Source: Treponema sp. (lineage in GTDB: Bacteria; Spirochaetota; Spirochaetia; Treponematales; Breznakiellaceae). From it: a stretch of DNA of 24,000 nt. The position numbers were made by a program, and so were the translations under genes. The stretch spans positions 442-24,441 of the forward strand of contig WQXI01000016.1 in assembly GCA_009784935.1 (NCBI GenBank). Direction: 5' to 3'. Below the pieces are notes generated by a model that saw nothing but the letters and a program-made list of their open reading frames with translations, did no database searches and was not told the origin of the DNA. The first letter of the stretch is position 1. Every line of letters starts with the position of its first letter. Below are positions 1 through 6,956 of the stretch, in pieces.

Positions 1-154
1 AAATGGTATTATATTAAAATAACCAAAGGGGGTATTATGAGCATGTATAAACAAAACAGTAATATTAATGATCCCCCCCTATTTTTAATTTTAGCAATTA
101 AAAGTAAATTCCAATTCAATTTTTTCTACACGATTCACCAAGGCGAGGTGACAA

Positions 155-629
155 ATGTTTTGTAAATATTGCGGGAAACAATTACCAGATAATAGTAATT
201 TTTGCTCAGGGTGCGGTTATAAGATAATAAACACTAGTAATAACAACACTTATTATTATTTTTGGAATAATAACAAATAAATCTTCCGGAAATTCTAAAT
301 CAACAACAAGAAACGCTTCACCAACATATACAGCTGCAAATTTTGTAGGAACTTGGGATGGAGTAGATGAAGGAACTGGTTTATCGACTGTCTATACTTT
401 TAATAGAGACGGGACTGTTCAGAGTGTATCAATAGATATTACTAACCGAGGCACATATAGAGTTAGCGGAAACACTATTCAGATAACCATGACAGAGGGG
501 TTCACGGGTATTTTATTTCCTGATGGTCAGAGTGTTAGATACAATTTTAGGTTTAATGGTAACGACAGGCTTCAACTTACAACTACTATCTTAGGTATTC
601 GCTTAACAGAGAACCTCATAAAAAGATAA
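155..629 (+). pseudogene. Frameshifted gene for a zinc-ribbon / single-TM / small beta-rich ectodomain protein
   Basis: ATG 155 opens MFCKYCGKQLPDNSNFCSGCGYKII (CxxC..CxxC zinc ribbon) but this frame stops at TAA 278-280. The +1 frame is open from 231 to TAA 627-629. It continues with a hydrophobic helix (LVITTLIIIFGIIT) and a domain FVGTWDG..YTFNRDGT..GTYRVSGNTIQI, yet has no ATG/GTG/TTG before 489. Skipping one base in the A-rich stretch near 227-231 joins the two parts. Confidence 0.45.
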
Positions 630-722
630 ATACAGGTATTACACCACATAGAAGATGTAAAAACCCTGTGCAATCTAGCCTTTAATTAAGCGTTAATTTA
701 TTTTTGCAGGTACTGTCATAAT

Positions 723-1067
723 CTAATTACTTAACCTATAAAGAGCATATTGATTAAGCGAAATGCCTTCTTGCTCTGCTGCTAAAGCAAGTCGGGCATG
801 AAGGCTTTTTGGCAAACGCAAAACGAATTTACCACTGTATTGATTATCTTCTATCGGCTCAGGTATTGAAAAACCGTTTTCCAGTTTTGCTTCAAACCAA
901 CCTTTCATTGCTTCTTGTATATTTTCAAAGGCTTCATTGTAGGTACTGCCATGACTCATACAGCCGTCAAGCTCTCTAACAGTAGCGAAAAAATATGAAC
1001 CCGTCTCATCATTCTTATGCTGTATAACAATATGATAAGGCTTTGAAAGGTACTTCTTTACATTCAT
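723..1067 (-). CDS. hicB: HicB-family antitoxin (type II TA), HicB N-domain plus C-terminal ribbon-helix-helix
   Basis: 114 aa ORF. N-terminal block YHIVIQ..ETGSYFFATVRELDGCMSHGSTYNEAFENIQEA is typical of the HicB fold. C-terminal FVLRLPKSLHARLALAAEQEGISLNQYALYRL is a CopG/Arc-type RHH. The start overlaps the upstream toxin stop at 1067. Confidence 0.8.
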   Translation of the reverse strand: MNVKKYLSKPYHIVIQHKNDETGSYFFATVRELDGCMSHGSTYNEAFENIQEAMKGWFEAKLENGFSIPEPIEDNQYSGKFVLRLPKSLHARLALAAEQEGISLNQYALYRLSN

Positions 1068-1294
1068 TATTTTTCTCCAATTCGTTCCAGTATTGCAGTT
1101 ATATAGGCTTTTTTTATTTGCCCTTTTGCAACAACAGTAATAACATCGCCTGTAGAATTAATATACTGACGATGTGAACTTTCCATGCGTTTGCAACTAT
1201 AGCCGTAATAACGCAATACATAATCAGCTTCTTCAAGGATTATTCCATGAGGCTGGTCTTTCATTTTCTGTAAAAGTTTCTTAATCCTTGCCAT
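1067..1294 (-). CDS. hicA: HicA-like mRNA interferase toxin
   Basis: 75 aa ORF directly upstream of and overlapping hicB. YGYSCKRMESSHRQY and ITVVAKGQIKKAYITAILERI loosely match the HicA/YcfA pattern (G-F/Y..R..GSH..f ... tv...l..gtl..IL). Toxin-first order is typical of hicAB. Confidence 0.6.
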   Translation of the reverse strand: MARIKKLLQKMKDQPHGIILEEADYVLRYYGYSCKRMESSHRQYINSTGDVITVVAKGQIKKAYITAILERIGEK

Positions 1295-1300
1295 ATTCTT

Positions 1301-1330
1301 ATAATACTATATATGATACTATCATGTCAA
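1301..1330 (-). promoter_or_regulatory. Putative hicAB promoter with palindromic operator
   Basis: On the minus strand: TTGACA (1330..1325), 18 nt, TATTAT (1306..1301), 6 nt, ATG (1294). The spacer contains a perfect 13-bp palindrome ATGATAgTATCAT (1313-1325). There is no Shine-Dalgarno sequence. Confidence 0.45.
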
Positions 1331-1368
1331 GTATTTTTTTATACCCGTTTCCCAATTATCTGTGGTTA

Positions 1369-1397
1369 TTGTCAAGATTAATTTAAATTAGTAAGAT
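1369..1397 (+). promoter_or_regulatory. Putative promoter of tRNA-Leu
   Basis: TTGTCA (1369-1374), 17 nt, TAAGAT (1392-1397). The tRNA 5' end lies 14 nt downstream of the -10 box. Confidence 0.35.
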
Positions 1398-1410
1398 ATA
1401 GGGGTATTTC

Positions 1411-1493
1411 GCCGGCGTGGTGGAATGGCAGACACTGGGGACTTAAAATCCCCTCCTAGCAATAGGGTATCAGTTCGAGTCTGATCGCCGGCA
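1411..1493 (+). tRNA. tRNA-Leu, anticodon UAA
   Basis: Manual cloverleaf. Acceptor GCCGGCG/CGCCGGC, D stem GTG/CAC, anticodon stem GGGGA/TCCCC with loop CTTAAAA (anticodon TAA). Long variable arm CCTA-GCAA-TAGG (class II tRNA). T arm ATCAG-TTCGAGT-CTGAT, discriminator A, CCA not encoded. Confidence 0.92.
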
Positions 1494-1525
1494 GTGATAA
1501 TTAGCCTATCAGTAAGGAGCAAACT

Positions 1526-2905
1526 ATGACAAATAAAATCCCTACAAGAATTTACATTTCCGAAGATGAGATGCCTAAATACTGGTATAACCTTAGAGCA
1601 GATATGAAAAATAAGCCCGATCCCATGCTGCACCCCGGCACTTTACAGCCTGTGACTGCCGCAGATTTGGCGCCTGTTTTTTGTAATGCCGTTATAGAAC
1701 AGGAACTTGACGAGACAACAATTAATATTCCCATACCCGAAGAGATTCAGGATTTTTACCGCGCGTACCGTCCGTCAGCACTTATTCGGGCTTATTATCT
1801 CGAAAAGGCGCTGGATACGCCTGCAGAAATTTATTATAAGTTTGAAGGAACAAATACTTCGGGCTCTCATAAACTTAACTCGGCAGGACCGCAGGCTTTT
1901 TACGCAAAAAAAGACGGGCTCACATCGCTTACTACCGAAACCGGCGCAGGACAATGGGGAACAGCAATGTCGATGGCTTGCGCGTTTTACGGTTTAAAAT
2001 TGATCGTATATATGGTAAAAATCAGTTCGGAACAAAAGCCATACCGAAAAGCGCTGATGGAATCATACGGCGCAAACTTGATTGCTTCGCCGTCTAACAC
2101 GACAGAATCAGGCAAAAAAATTCTGGCAGGCGATCCCAACACTGGCGGCTCCCTTGGCTGCGCAATTTCCGAAGCAATAGAAACAGCAGTTAAAACCGAT
2201 AAATGCCGTTATGTGCTTGGAAGCGTTCTTAATCATGTTTTATTGCACCAGACAGTAATCGGCTTAGAAGCAAAAACAGCTTTGGATAAATTCGGCATTA
2301 AACCCGACATAATCATCGGCTGTGCAGGCGGCGGTTCAAACTTGGGCGGTCTTATCGCTCCGTTTATGGGTGACAAGATCGAAGGAAAATCCGATGCTCG
2401 CTTTATCGCAGTCGAACCTGCTTCCTGCCCTTCGTTTACACGTGGCCGTTATGCTTATGACTTTGGTGATACAGCGCAAACTACTCCGCTAATTAGAATG
2501 CAAACCTTGGGAAGCGGTTATATGCCATCGCCTAACCATGCCGGCGGTCTTCGTTACCATGGAATGAATTCAACCCTTGCAAAATTGTTTAAAGACGGTC
2601 TTTTAGAAGCAAGAGCAGAAGTTCAAACTGATGTCTTTGACGCAGCTATTCAATTTATGAAGACAGAAGGTATTCTTCCTGCGCCGGAATCTTCGCATGC
2701 CATAAAAGCGGCGATTGACGAAGCAAATGAATGCAAAAAGACAGGCAAGAAAAAAGTCATTCTTTTTGGATTGAGCGGAACCGGGTTCTTTGATATGACA
2801 GCATATATGTCTTACAATAATAAGACTATGAGCGACCATATTCCAAGCGACGCTGAGCTGGAACGCGGATTTGCTTCAATTCCGGCAATTCCTCAGAACG
2901 GTTAA
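1526..2905 (+). CDS. TrpB2-type tryptophan synthase beta-like PLP-dependent enzyme
   Basis: 459 aa, the length of the TrpB2 class. N-terminal EMPKYWYNLRADM motif, PLP-lysine block GTNTSGSHKLNSA, GCAGGGSN glycine loop. AAGGAG Shine-Dalgarno at 1514-1519. No trpA or other trp genes in the window. Confidence 0.85.
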   Translation: MTNKIPTRIYISEDEMPKYWYNLRADMKNKPDPMLHPGTLQPVTAADLAPVFCNAVIEQELDETTINIPIPEEIQDFYRAYRPSALIRAYYLEKALDTPAEIYYKFEGTNTSGSHKLNSAGPQAFYAKKDGLTSLTTETGAGQWGTAMSMACAFYGLKLIVYMVKISSEQKPYRKALMESYGANLIASPSNTTESGKKILAGDPNTGGSLGCAISEAIETAVKTDKCRYVLGSVLNHVLLHQTVIGLEAKTALDKFGIKPDIIIGCAGGGSNLGGLIAPFMGDKIEGKSDARFIAVEPASCPSFTRGRYAYDFGDTAQTTPLIRMQTLGSGYMPSPNHAGGLRYHGMNSTLAKLFKDGLLEARAEVQTDVFDAAIQFMKTEGILPAPESSHAIKAAIDEANECKKTGKKKVILFGLSGTGFFDMTAYMSYNNKTMSDHIPSDAELERGFASIPAIPQNG

Positions 2906-2918
2906 TAGGTAAATTTCT

Positions 2919-2948
2919 CCCCCATTTCTTCCGATAATGGAATGGGGG
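2919..2948 (+). terminator. Stem-loop after trpB2 (weak intrinsic-terminator candidate)
   Basis: CCCCCATT (2919-2926) pairs with AATGGGGG (2941-2948) across a 14-nt loop, followed by CATATTTT. It overlaps the annotated ATG of the next ORF. Confidence 0.3.
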
Positions 2949-3482
2949 CATATTTTGAAAAAGTTATTAATATTTATTCTTGCAGTTTTGATTGCAACAG
3001 CGCTGACAGCCGCTCTTTATGCAGAAGACGATGTCACAATCAAATTTCATAATTTTACATGGGGTACTACTATCGATTCTTTTAGAGCAAGGATGGGAAA
3101 CCCTGTACATGTAGAAGAAATGAACGGGTTTCAGTCATTGGTTTATGAAAATATACCTATGGCAGGTTATCGCGCATTTATGGTCGTCTATTTTTCACGA
3201 AACGGACTGGAAGGCGGAGCCTATTATTTTGACACCAATAATCTCGAAGAATTAATGATGTGTTATGCCGCTGTCCAAAAAGAGCTTGTAACGTTATTTG
3301 GTCCTACACCGCCTGCGCCTGCAGGACGTTTTGAAGAACTAATGAGAGAAATGCGGCCTTATGAATCTTGCTGGAATTTATCAAGCGGATATGTACATCT
3401 CAAAGTTAATACACGGACAAACGATCCTGTTACATTATGGATTTCCGGTCCTTCTATGACTAAAATGTTTGATGGTTCTTAA
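2937..3482 (+). CDS. Hypothetical secreted protein with N-terminal signal peptide
   Basis: 181 aa ORF with KKLLIFILAVLIATALTAALYA-EDD, a signal-peptide-like N-terminus. The in-frame TTG at 2955, preceded by GGGGG 7 nt upstream, would give the more typical MKKLL start. I recognise no family. Confidence 0.55.
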   Translation: MEWGHILKKLLIFILAVLIATALTAALYAEDDVTIKFHNFTWGTTIDSFRARMGNPVHVEEMNGFQSLVYENIPMAGYRAFMVVYFSRNGLEGGAYYFDTNNLEELMMCYAAVQKELVTLFGPTPPAPAGRFEELMREMRPYESCWNLSSGYVHLKVNTRTNDPVTLWISGPSMTKMFDGS

Positions 3483-3488
3483 AATAAT

Positions 3489-4601
3489 TTAACAGATAGT
3501 TCCGCCGCCGATTACAATATCCCCGTCGTACATTACAACTGCCTGCCCCGGCGTGATTGCGCGCTGGGGTGTATCAAATTCAATGTTAAGATTATTTTCT
3601 CCTGTCTGTTCTGCAGAAGCCCATTGTTCAGCTTGAAGATAGCGCGTTTTTACTTTTACCCGCATGGGCGTTTTTATATTGTCCAGCGCAATTATATTGA
3701 TGTTTTTTGCAGAAAGCGATTTGCTGTACAGAGCTTCATCTTCTGCAAGAGTCACAGTGTTTGCCTCAATTGACTTAGAAACAACATATATCGGAGTGTT
3801 AGCTGCAACTCCAAGCCCCCGCCTCTGGCCTGTGGTATAACGAATAAGACCTTTATGCCTGCCGATAACTTTTCCGTTTATATCGATAATATCGCCATGC
3901 GGATATTCTTTGCCTGTATATTTCTCAATAAAACTGCCGTAATCGCCGTCAGGTATAAAACAAATATCCTGACTCTCTCCCTTGGCGGCGTTTACAAGTT
4001 TTTTTTCTTCTGCAATTTTTCGCACTTGAGTCTTTGTAAGCGATCCCAGCGGGAAGCGGGCTTTTTGCAGCTGCTGCTGGCTAAGGCAGTATAATACATA
4101 GCTTTGATCTTTTTTTTCGTCTATTGCTTTTTGCAGAAGGAATCTGCCGCTTACCGGGTCTTTTGTTACCCGCGCATAATGCCCTGTAACAAAAAAATCG
4201 TAATCTATTTTTTTTAATTGCAGATGGATAGGGTTAAATTTAATATTACGATTGCATTCTATGCATGGGTTTGGAGTTGCTCCGCTTTCGTATGTTCTGA
4301 CAAAATGACGTATGACATGTTCGTCAAATTCTTTTGTAAGATCGAGGGTTAAATGTTCTATGCCAAGATTAAGAGCAGCTGTCTTTGCGTCATTTATATC
4401 CTGCAAAGAAGAGCAGCCAGTTTCTTCGCTGCGGAGTTTAAGAGTTAAGCCTGTACATTCTAAACCCTGCTCAATGCTCAAGGCAGCCGCAACAGTGCTG
4501 TCAACGCCGCCGGACATTGCGCACACTGTGCGGGCGCACACTGTGCGGGCGCACACTGTGCGGGCGCATACTGTGCGAGCGCACACTGCACTACTTAACA
4601 A
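3489..4601 (-). CDS. mnmA: tRNA 2-thiouridine(34) synthase MnmA
   Basis: PP-loop CAMSGGVDSTVAA, catalytic-cysteine block NPCIECNR, and QSYVLY, DICF, TGQRRGLG blocks as in MnmA. The start is uncertain. The ORF opens with TTG at 4601 and reads MLSSAV(CARTV)x4-CAMSGG. Alternative in-frame GTGs lie within the repeats and an ATG lies at 4517. Confidence 0.9.
   Translation of the reverse strand: MLSSAVCARTVCARTVCARTVCARTVCAMSGGVDSTVAAALSIEQGLECTGLTLKLRSEETGCSSLQDINDAKTAALNLGIEHLTLDLTKEFDEHVIRHFVRTYESGATPNPCIECNRNIKFNPIHLQLKKIDYDFFVTGHYARVTKDPVSGRFLLQKAIDEKKDQSYVLYCLSQQQLQKARFPLGSLTKTQVRKIAEEKKLVNAAKGESQDICFIPDGDYGSFIEKYTGKEYPHGDIIDINGKVIGRHKGLIRYTTGQRRGLGVAANTPIYVVSKSIEANTVTLAEDEALYSKSLSAKNINIIALDNIKTPMRVKVKTRYLQAEQWASAEQTGENNLNIEFDTPQRAITPGQAVVMYDGDIVIGGGTIC
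4519..4593. repeat. 15-bp tandem repeat, about 4.7 copies, each unit dyad-symmetric
   Basis: GCGCACACTGTGCGG occurs identically at 4519-4533, 4534-4548 and 4549-4563. Variants follow: GCGCATACTGTGCGA (4564-4578) and GCGCACACTGCACTA (4579-4593). The arms CGCACA/TGTGCG alternate with 1-nt and 2-nt centres. Confidence 0.95.
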
Positions 4602-5472
4602 TGTTCCGCCTGCTCATTAAAAATGAAAGTACTAACCCAACAATAAAACAAACGGCAGAAATTACGATTCCAATGCCTTCGCCGATTCCTTCGGCTTCAC
4701 GATACAAAACAAAAATTGAACCAACAACGAGCCCTAAAACAGCGCCGTATGTTTCTCTTGGAACTTTTGCAAGTAAAAAACGTACAAAGGCTGCGCTTAA
4801 TAAAAGCCCTGCAAGCGCGCCTAAAACAACGGGTATTATTAATGGAACATTTAATTCAGAAACTGCCAGAAGCACTGTGCGGTAAAAGCCAATTACAAGA
4901 AGCATAAACGCGCCGGAAATCCCCGGAATAATCATTGCGATTGCAGCTAACGCGCCTGCCGCGGCTAACATTCCAAATACATGCAGCGTTAATTCTGTAT
5001 AAACTACCGTGCCTTCTTCTGGTTTTACAAATGCAAATACTATCATAACAGCGATTGCAATTACAAAACAAATTACAGAAGGCAAAGACGGCAATGCATC
5101 TTTTTTATCTTGAGAAGTTTCGCTGTTAATGTTAGTTTTAGCACAAACATAAGCTTGCGGGCAAACTTTGGAATATATTAAAGGTATACTGCCTGTGATG
5201 ACTCCGATAAAAAACCAATAAGCGGGAGTGCTGTGGTTCTCCATTAATAAAGAAAAAACTTTGCTAAAGAAAAATATTCCCGCGATTCCTCCGATTACTA
5301 AAGGAAGCCAAAACATCCATGCTTCAAATATCTTTTTTAAATCAGGCACTATTACATTTATAAGACGATCGTAAACGCTGAACACAACTGCCATTGTCGC
5401 AACCGAAAACCCGGGAATAATCGCTGTGATACCGAGAATAAATCCAATGCCTGTTAATTTAATTAGTTCCAT
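4591..5472 (-). CDS. DUF368-family polytopic membrane protein (family linked to polyprenyl-phosphate translocation)
   Basis: 293 aa, highly hydrophobic. It has the duplicated DUF368-like motif IPGFSVATMAVVFSVYDRL and IPGISGAFMLLVIGFYRTV (compare IPGVSGGT). GGAG Shine-Dalgarno upstream of ATG 5472. The stop TAG (4593..4591) lies inside the 15-bp repeat array. Confidence 0.7.
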   Translation of the reverse strand: MELIKLTGIGFILGITAIIPGFSVATMAVVFSVYDRLINVIVPDLKKIFEAWMFWLPLVIGGIAGIFFFSKVFSLLMENHSTPAYWFFIGVITGSIPLIYSKVCPQAYVCAKTNINSETSQDKKDALPSLPSVICFVIAIAVMIVFAFVKPEEGTVVYTELTLHVFGMLAAAGALAAIAMIIPGISGAFMLLVIGFYRTVLLAVSELNVPLIIPVVLGALAGLLLSAAFVRFLLAKVPRETYGAVLGLVVGSIFVLYREAEGIGEGIGIVISAVCFIVGLVLSFLMSRRNIVK

Positions 5473-6386
5473 AATTTCTCCGGATAGATTCCTGCTGTTG
5501 TCATTTCTTCCAGTTTTTTTATTGCAGCTTCTCTGTCTTCTTTGTATGTAACGCCGAACCAGTCAGAATCTGCAGAAAGAACTTTTACATTAATGATTTT
5601 CTGCTTAATAAAATGATCAACGGCTTTGGGAATAAAACATTCGCTTTTTATCTGCCCCGGAATATCCGCAGTAAATGTTTTAAGGTAGTCATCAAAGTAT
5701 TTTTTTAAATGAGGCAGTATATCAGGAGAAAATCCCCAAAAGTTCATTGATACCGGCGTATCAGGAGTTAGTTCACGTATTGAACCATCCGGCGCGGTAT
5801 TAAATATTTTTTCATCTTTTTTTTCTATTGCAGTAAGTTCATCTACGCTGACCAAACAGCCGTTTTTTACTTCGCATACTCCGCGCGCTACAGTTCCCTG
5901 CGGACTAAGCGTTTTTTCCAGCCTGTAAGGCACGATAGAAGATTTGTCTGTATCCGAACCTAAGAGATGTTTGCCCATAACAGCGAATGCTTCTCTTCCG
6001 TAAAAATCATCAGCATTGAGCACAGTAAACGGCGCATCAATTTTATCAGCGGCGCATAGCAAAGCATGCCCTGTGCCCCATGGTTTTGTACGCCCCGCTT
6101 CCTTTGCCGCACTGAAAATATCCGGCGGAATCAAAGTGTCAAGATTTTGAAAAGCTAGTTCGTAATTAACTTTTTTACCCATACGCGCTAGAACAAGCTG
6201 ACTAAAATCTTTTTCGATATCATTACGGATAATAAAAACTATTTTTTCGAACCCGGAATTAACAGCGTCAAATACAGAGTAATCCAAAAGCACTTCGCCG
6301 TTTTTTCCGATTTTATCCATTTGTTTTAATCCGCCGTAACGGCTTCCCATGCCTGCGGCAAGAACTACTAAAATAGGACCTTTCAT
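5463..6386 (-). CDS. Sugar-phosphate nucleotidyltransferase family protein
   Basis: N-terminal LAAGMGSRYGGLKQ matches the NTP-transferase G-x-G-t-R loop. 307 aa. AAGGAG Shine-Dalgarno directly upstream. Overlaps the DUF368 gene start by 10 nt. Substrate unknown. Confidence 0.65.
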   Translation of the reverse strand: MKGPILVVLAAGMGSRYGGLKQMDKIGKNGEVLLDYSVFDAVNSGFEKIVFIIRNDIEKDFSQLVLARMGKKVNYELAFQNLDTLIPPDIFSAAKEAGRTKPWGTGHALLCAADKIDAPFTVLNADDFYGREAFAVMGKHLLGSDTDKSSIVPYRLEKTLSPQGTVARGVCEVKNGCLVSVDELTAIEKKDEKIFNTAPDGSIRELTPDTPVSMNFWGFSPDILPHLKKYFDDYLKTFTADIPGQIKSECFIPKAVDHFIKQKIINVKVLSADSDWFGVTYKEDREAAIKKLEEMTTAGIYPEKLWN

Positions 6387-6388
6387 AT

Positions 6389-6943
6389 TTACTCCTTTGT
6401 ATACGTAATAATAGAAAAATTTTCATAATTTACGGTGTCGGTTTTTTTCCAGCTTTCGTCTATTTTAGGAAAATAAGTATCACCGTCGTAATTTCCGGGG
6501 ATTAATGTAAGAATTATTTTATTTGCATAAGGCATTGCCTGAGTGTAGATTGATTCCCCGCCGCAGATAAATACTTTTTCGTAATTGGCACAAGATTCAA
6601 TGGCGGCATTTAAAGAAGAAAGAATAACCACAGAGGACTGCAACTGAAGTTGCTTGGAGTTACACGGAGTCTTTCGTCCGAAAGCACTATCTTCTCCGTG
6701 AAACTCTGTGTACTCCGTGGTAAAATTCTTATTTTTGGAAATAATTATATTCAATCTTCCGGGCAGAGGTTTAACAGGAAGCGAGTCCCAAGTTTTTCTG
6801 CCCATTATACACGGCCATCCAATAGTAGTCTCTTTAAAGTGCGCGAGGTTTCCTTTTATCGACCACGGCATAGCGTTATCTTTGCCGATAACCTGGTTTT
6901 CTGCCATAGCGGCAATTAAAATTATCTCTTGCTTCTTCTTCAT
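6389..6943 (-). CDS. folA: Dihydrofolate reductase carrying an in-frame repeat-element insertion
   Basis: DHFR blocks IAAMAENQVIGKDNAMPW, IMGRKTWDSLP..PLPGR.NIIIS, FICGGESIY, GDTYFP. At 184 aa it is longer than the roughly 160 aa of typical DHFRs. The extra segment TTEYTEFHGEDSAFGRKTPCNSKQLQLQSSV maps to the repeat at 6628-6720. Confidence 0.85.
   Translation of the reverse strand: MKKKQEIILIAAMAENQVIGKDNAMPWSIKGNLAHFKETTIGWPCIMGRKTWDSLPVKPLPGRLNIIISKNKNFTTEYTEFHGEDSAFGRKTPCNSKQLQLQSSVVILSSLNAAIESCANYEKVFICGGESIYTQAMPYANKIILTLIPGNYDGDTYFPKIDESWKKTDTVNYENFSIITYTKE
6615..6741. repeat. CACGGAG/CTCCGTG palindromic element, copy B (inside folA)
   Basis: The core 6628-6720 (93 bp) runs from CCACAGAGGA to CTCCGTGAAACTCTGTGTACTCCGTGG. 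It is near-identical at both ends to the intergenic copy at 13137-13214. Flank similarity (GAAGAA.. on the left, (A/T)AAATTCTTA..TTGGA on the right) extends to about 6615 and 6741. Confidence 0.8.
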
Positions 6944-6956
6944 CTAAAATCTTCCA

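Noticed and set aside
37-165. 42-codon ORF with a GGGGG ribosome-binding site and a C7 homopolymer (73-79)
   Set aside because: It is too short and featureless to call. The poly-C tract could be a slippage site, but one tract next to an unvalidated mini-ORF is not evidence of phase variation.
1-1493. A tRNA-associated genomic island
   Set aside because: The AT-rich patch lies on the 5' side of the tRNA. I see no integrase and found no direct repeat of the tRNA 3' end by eye. At most it is an accessory remnant, and the left boundary is outside the window.
1388-1633. 81-aa minus-strand ORF
   Set aside because: It runs antisense through tRNA-Leu and the 5' end of trpB2, so it is spurious.
1526-2905. 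The orphan trpB2-like gene as part of a novel pathway
   Set aside because: Stand-alone TrpB2 genes without trpA are common. Nothing in the neighbourhood (tRNA upstream, unrelated secreted protein downstream) supports a pathway context.
4312-4885. Plus-strand ORFs 4312..4620 (..HTVRAHTVRAHTVRA..) and 4517..4885 (MRTLCGRTLCGRTLCG..) with striking peptide repeats
   Set aside because: They are opposite-strand or alternate-frame readings of the 15-bp tandem repeat. They overlap the well-supported mnmA and DUF368 genes on the minus strand and have no independent coding signal.
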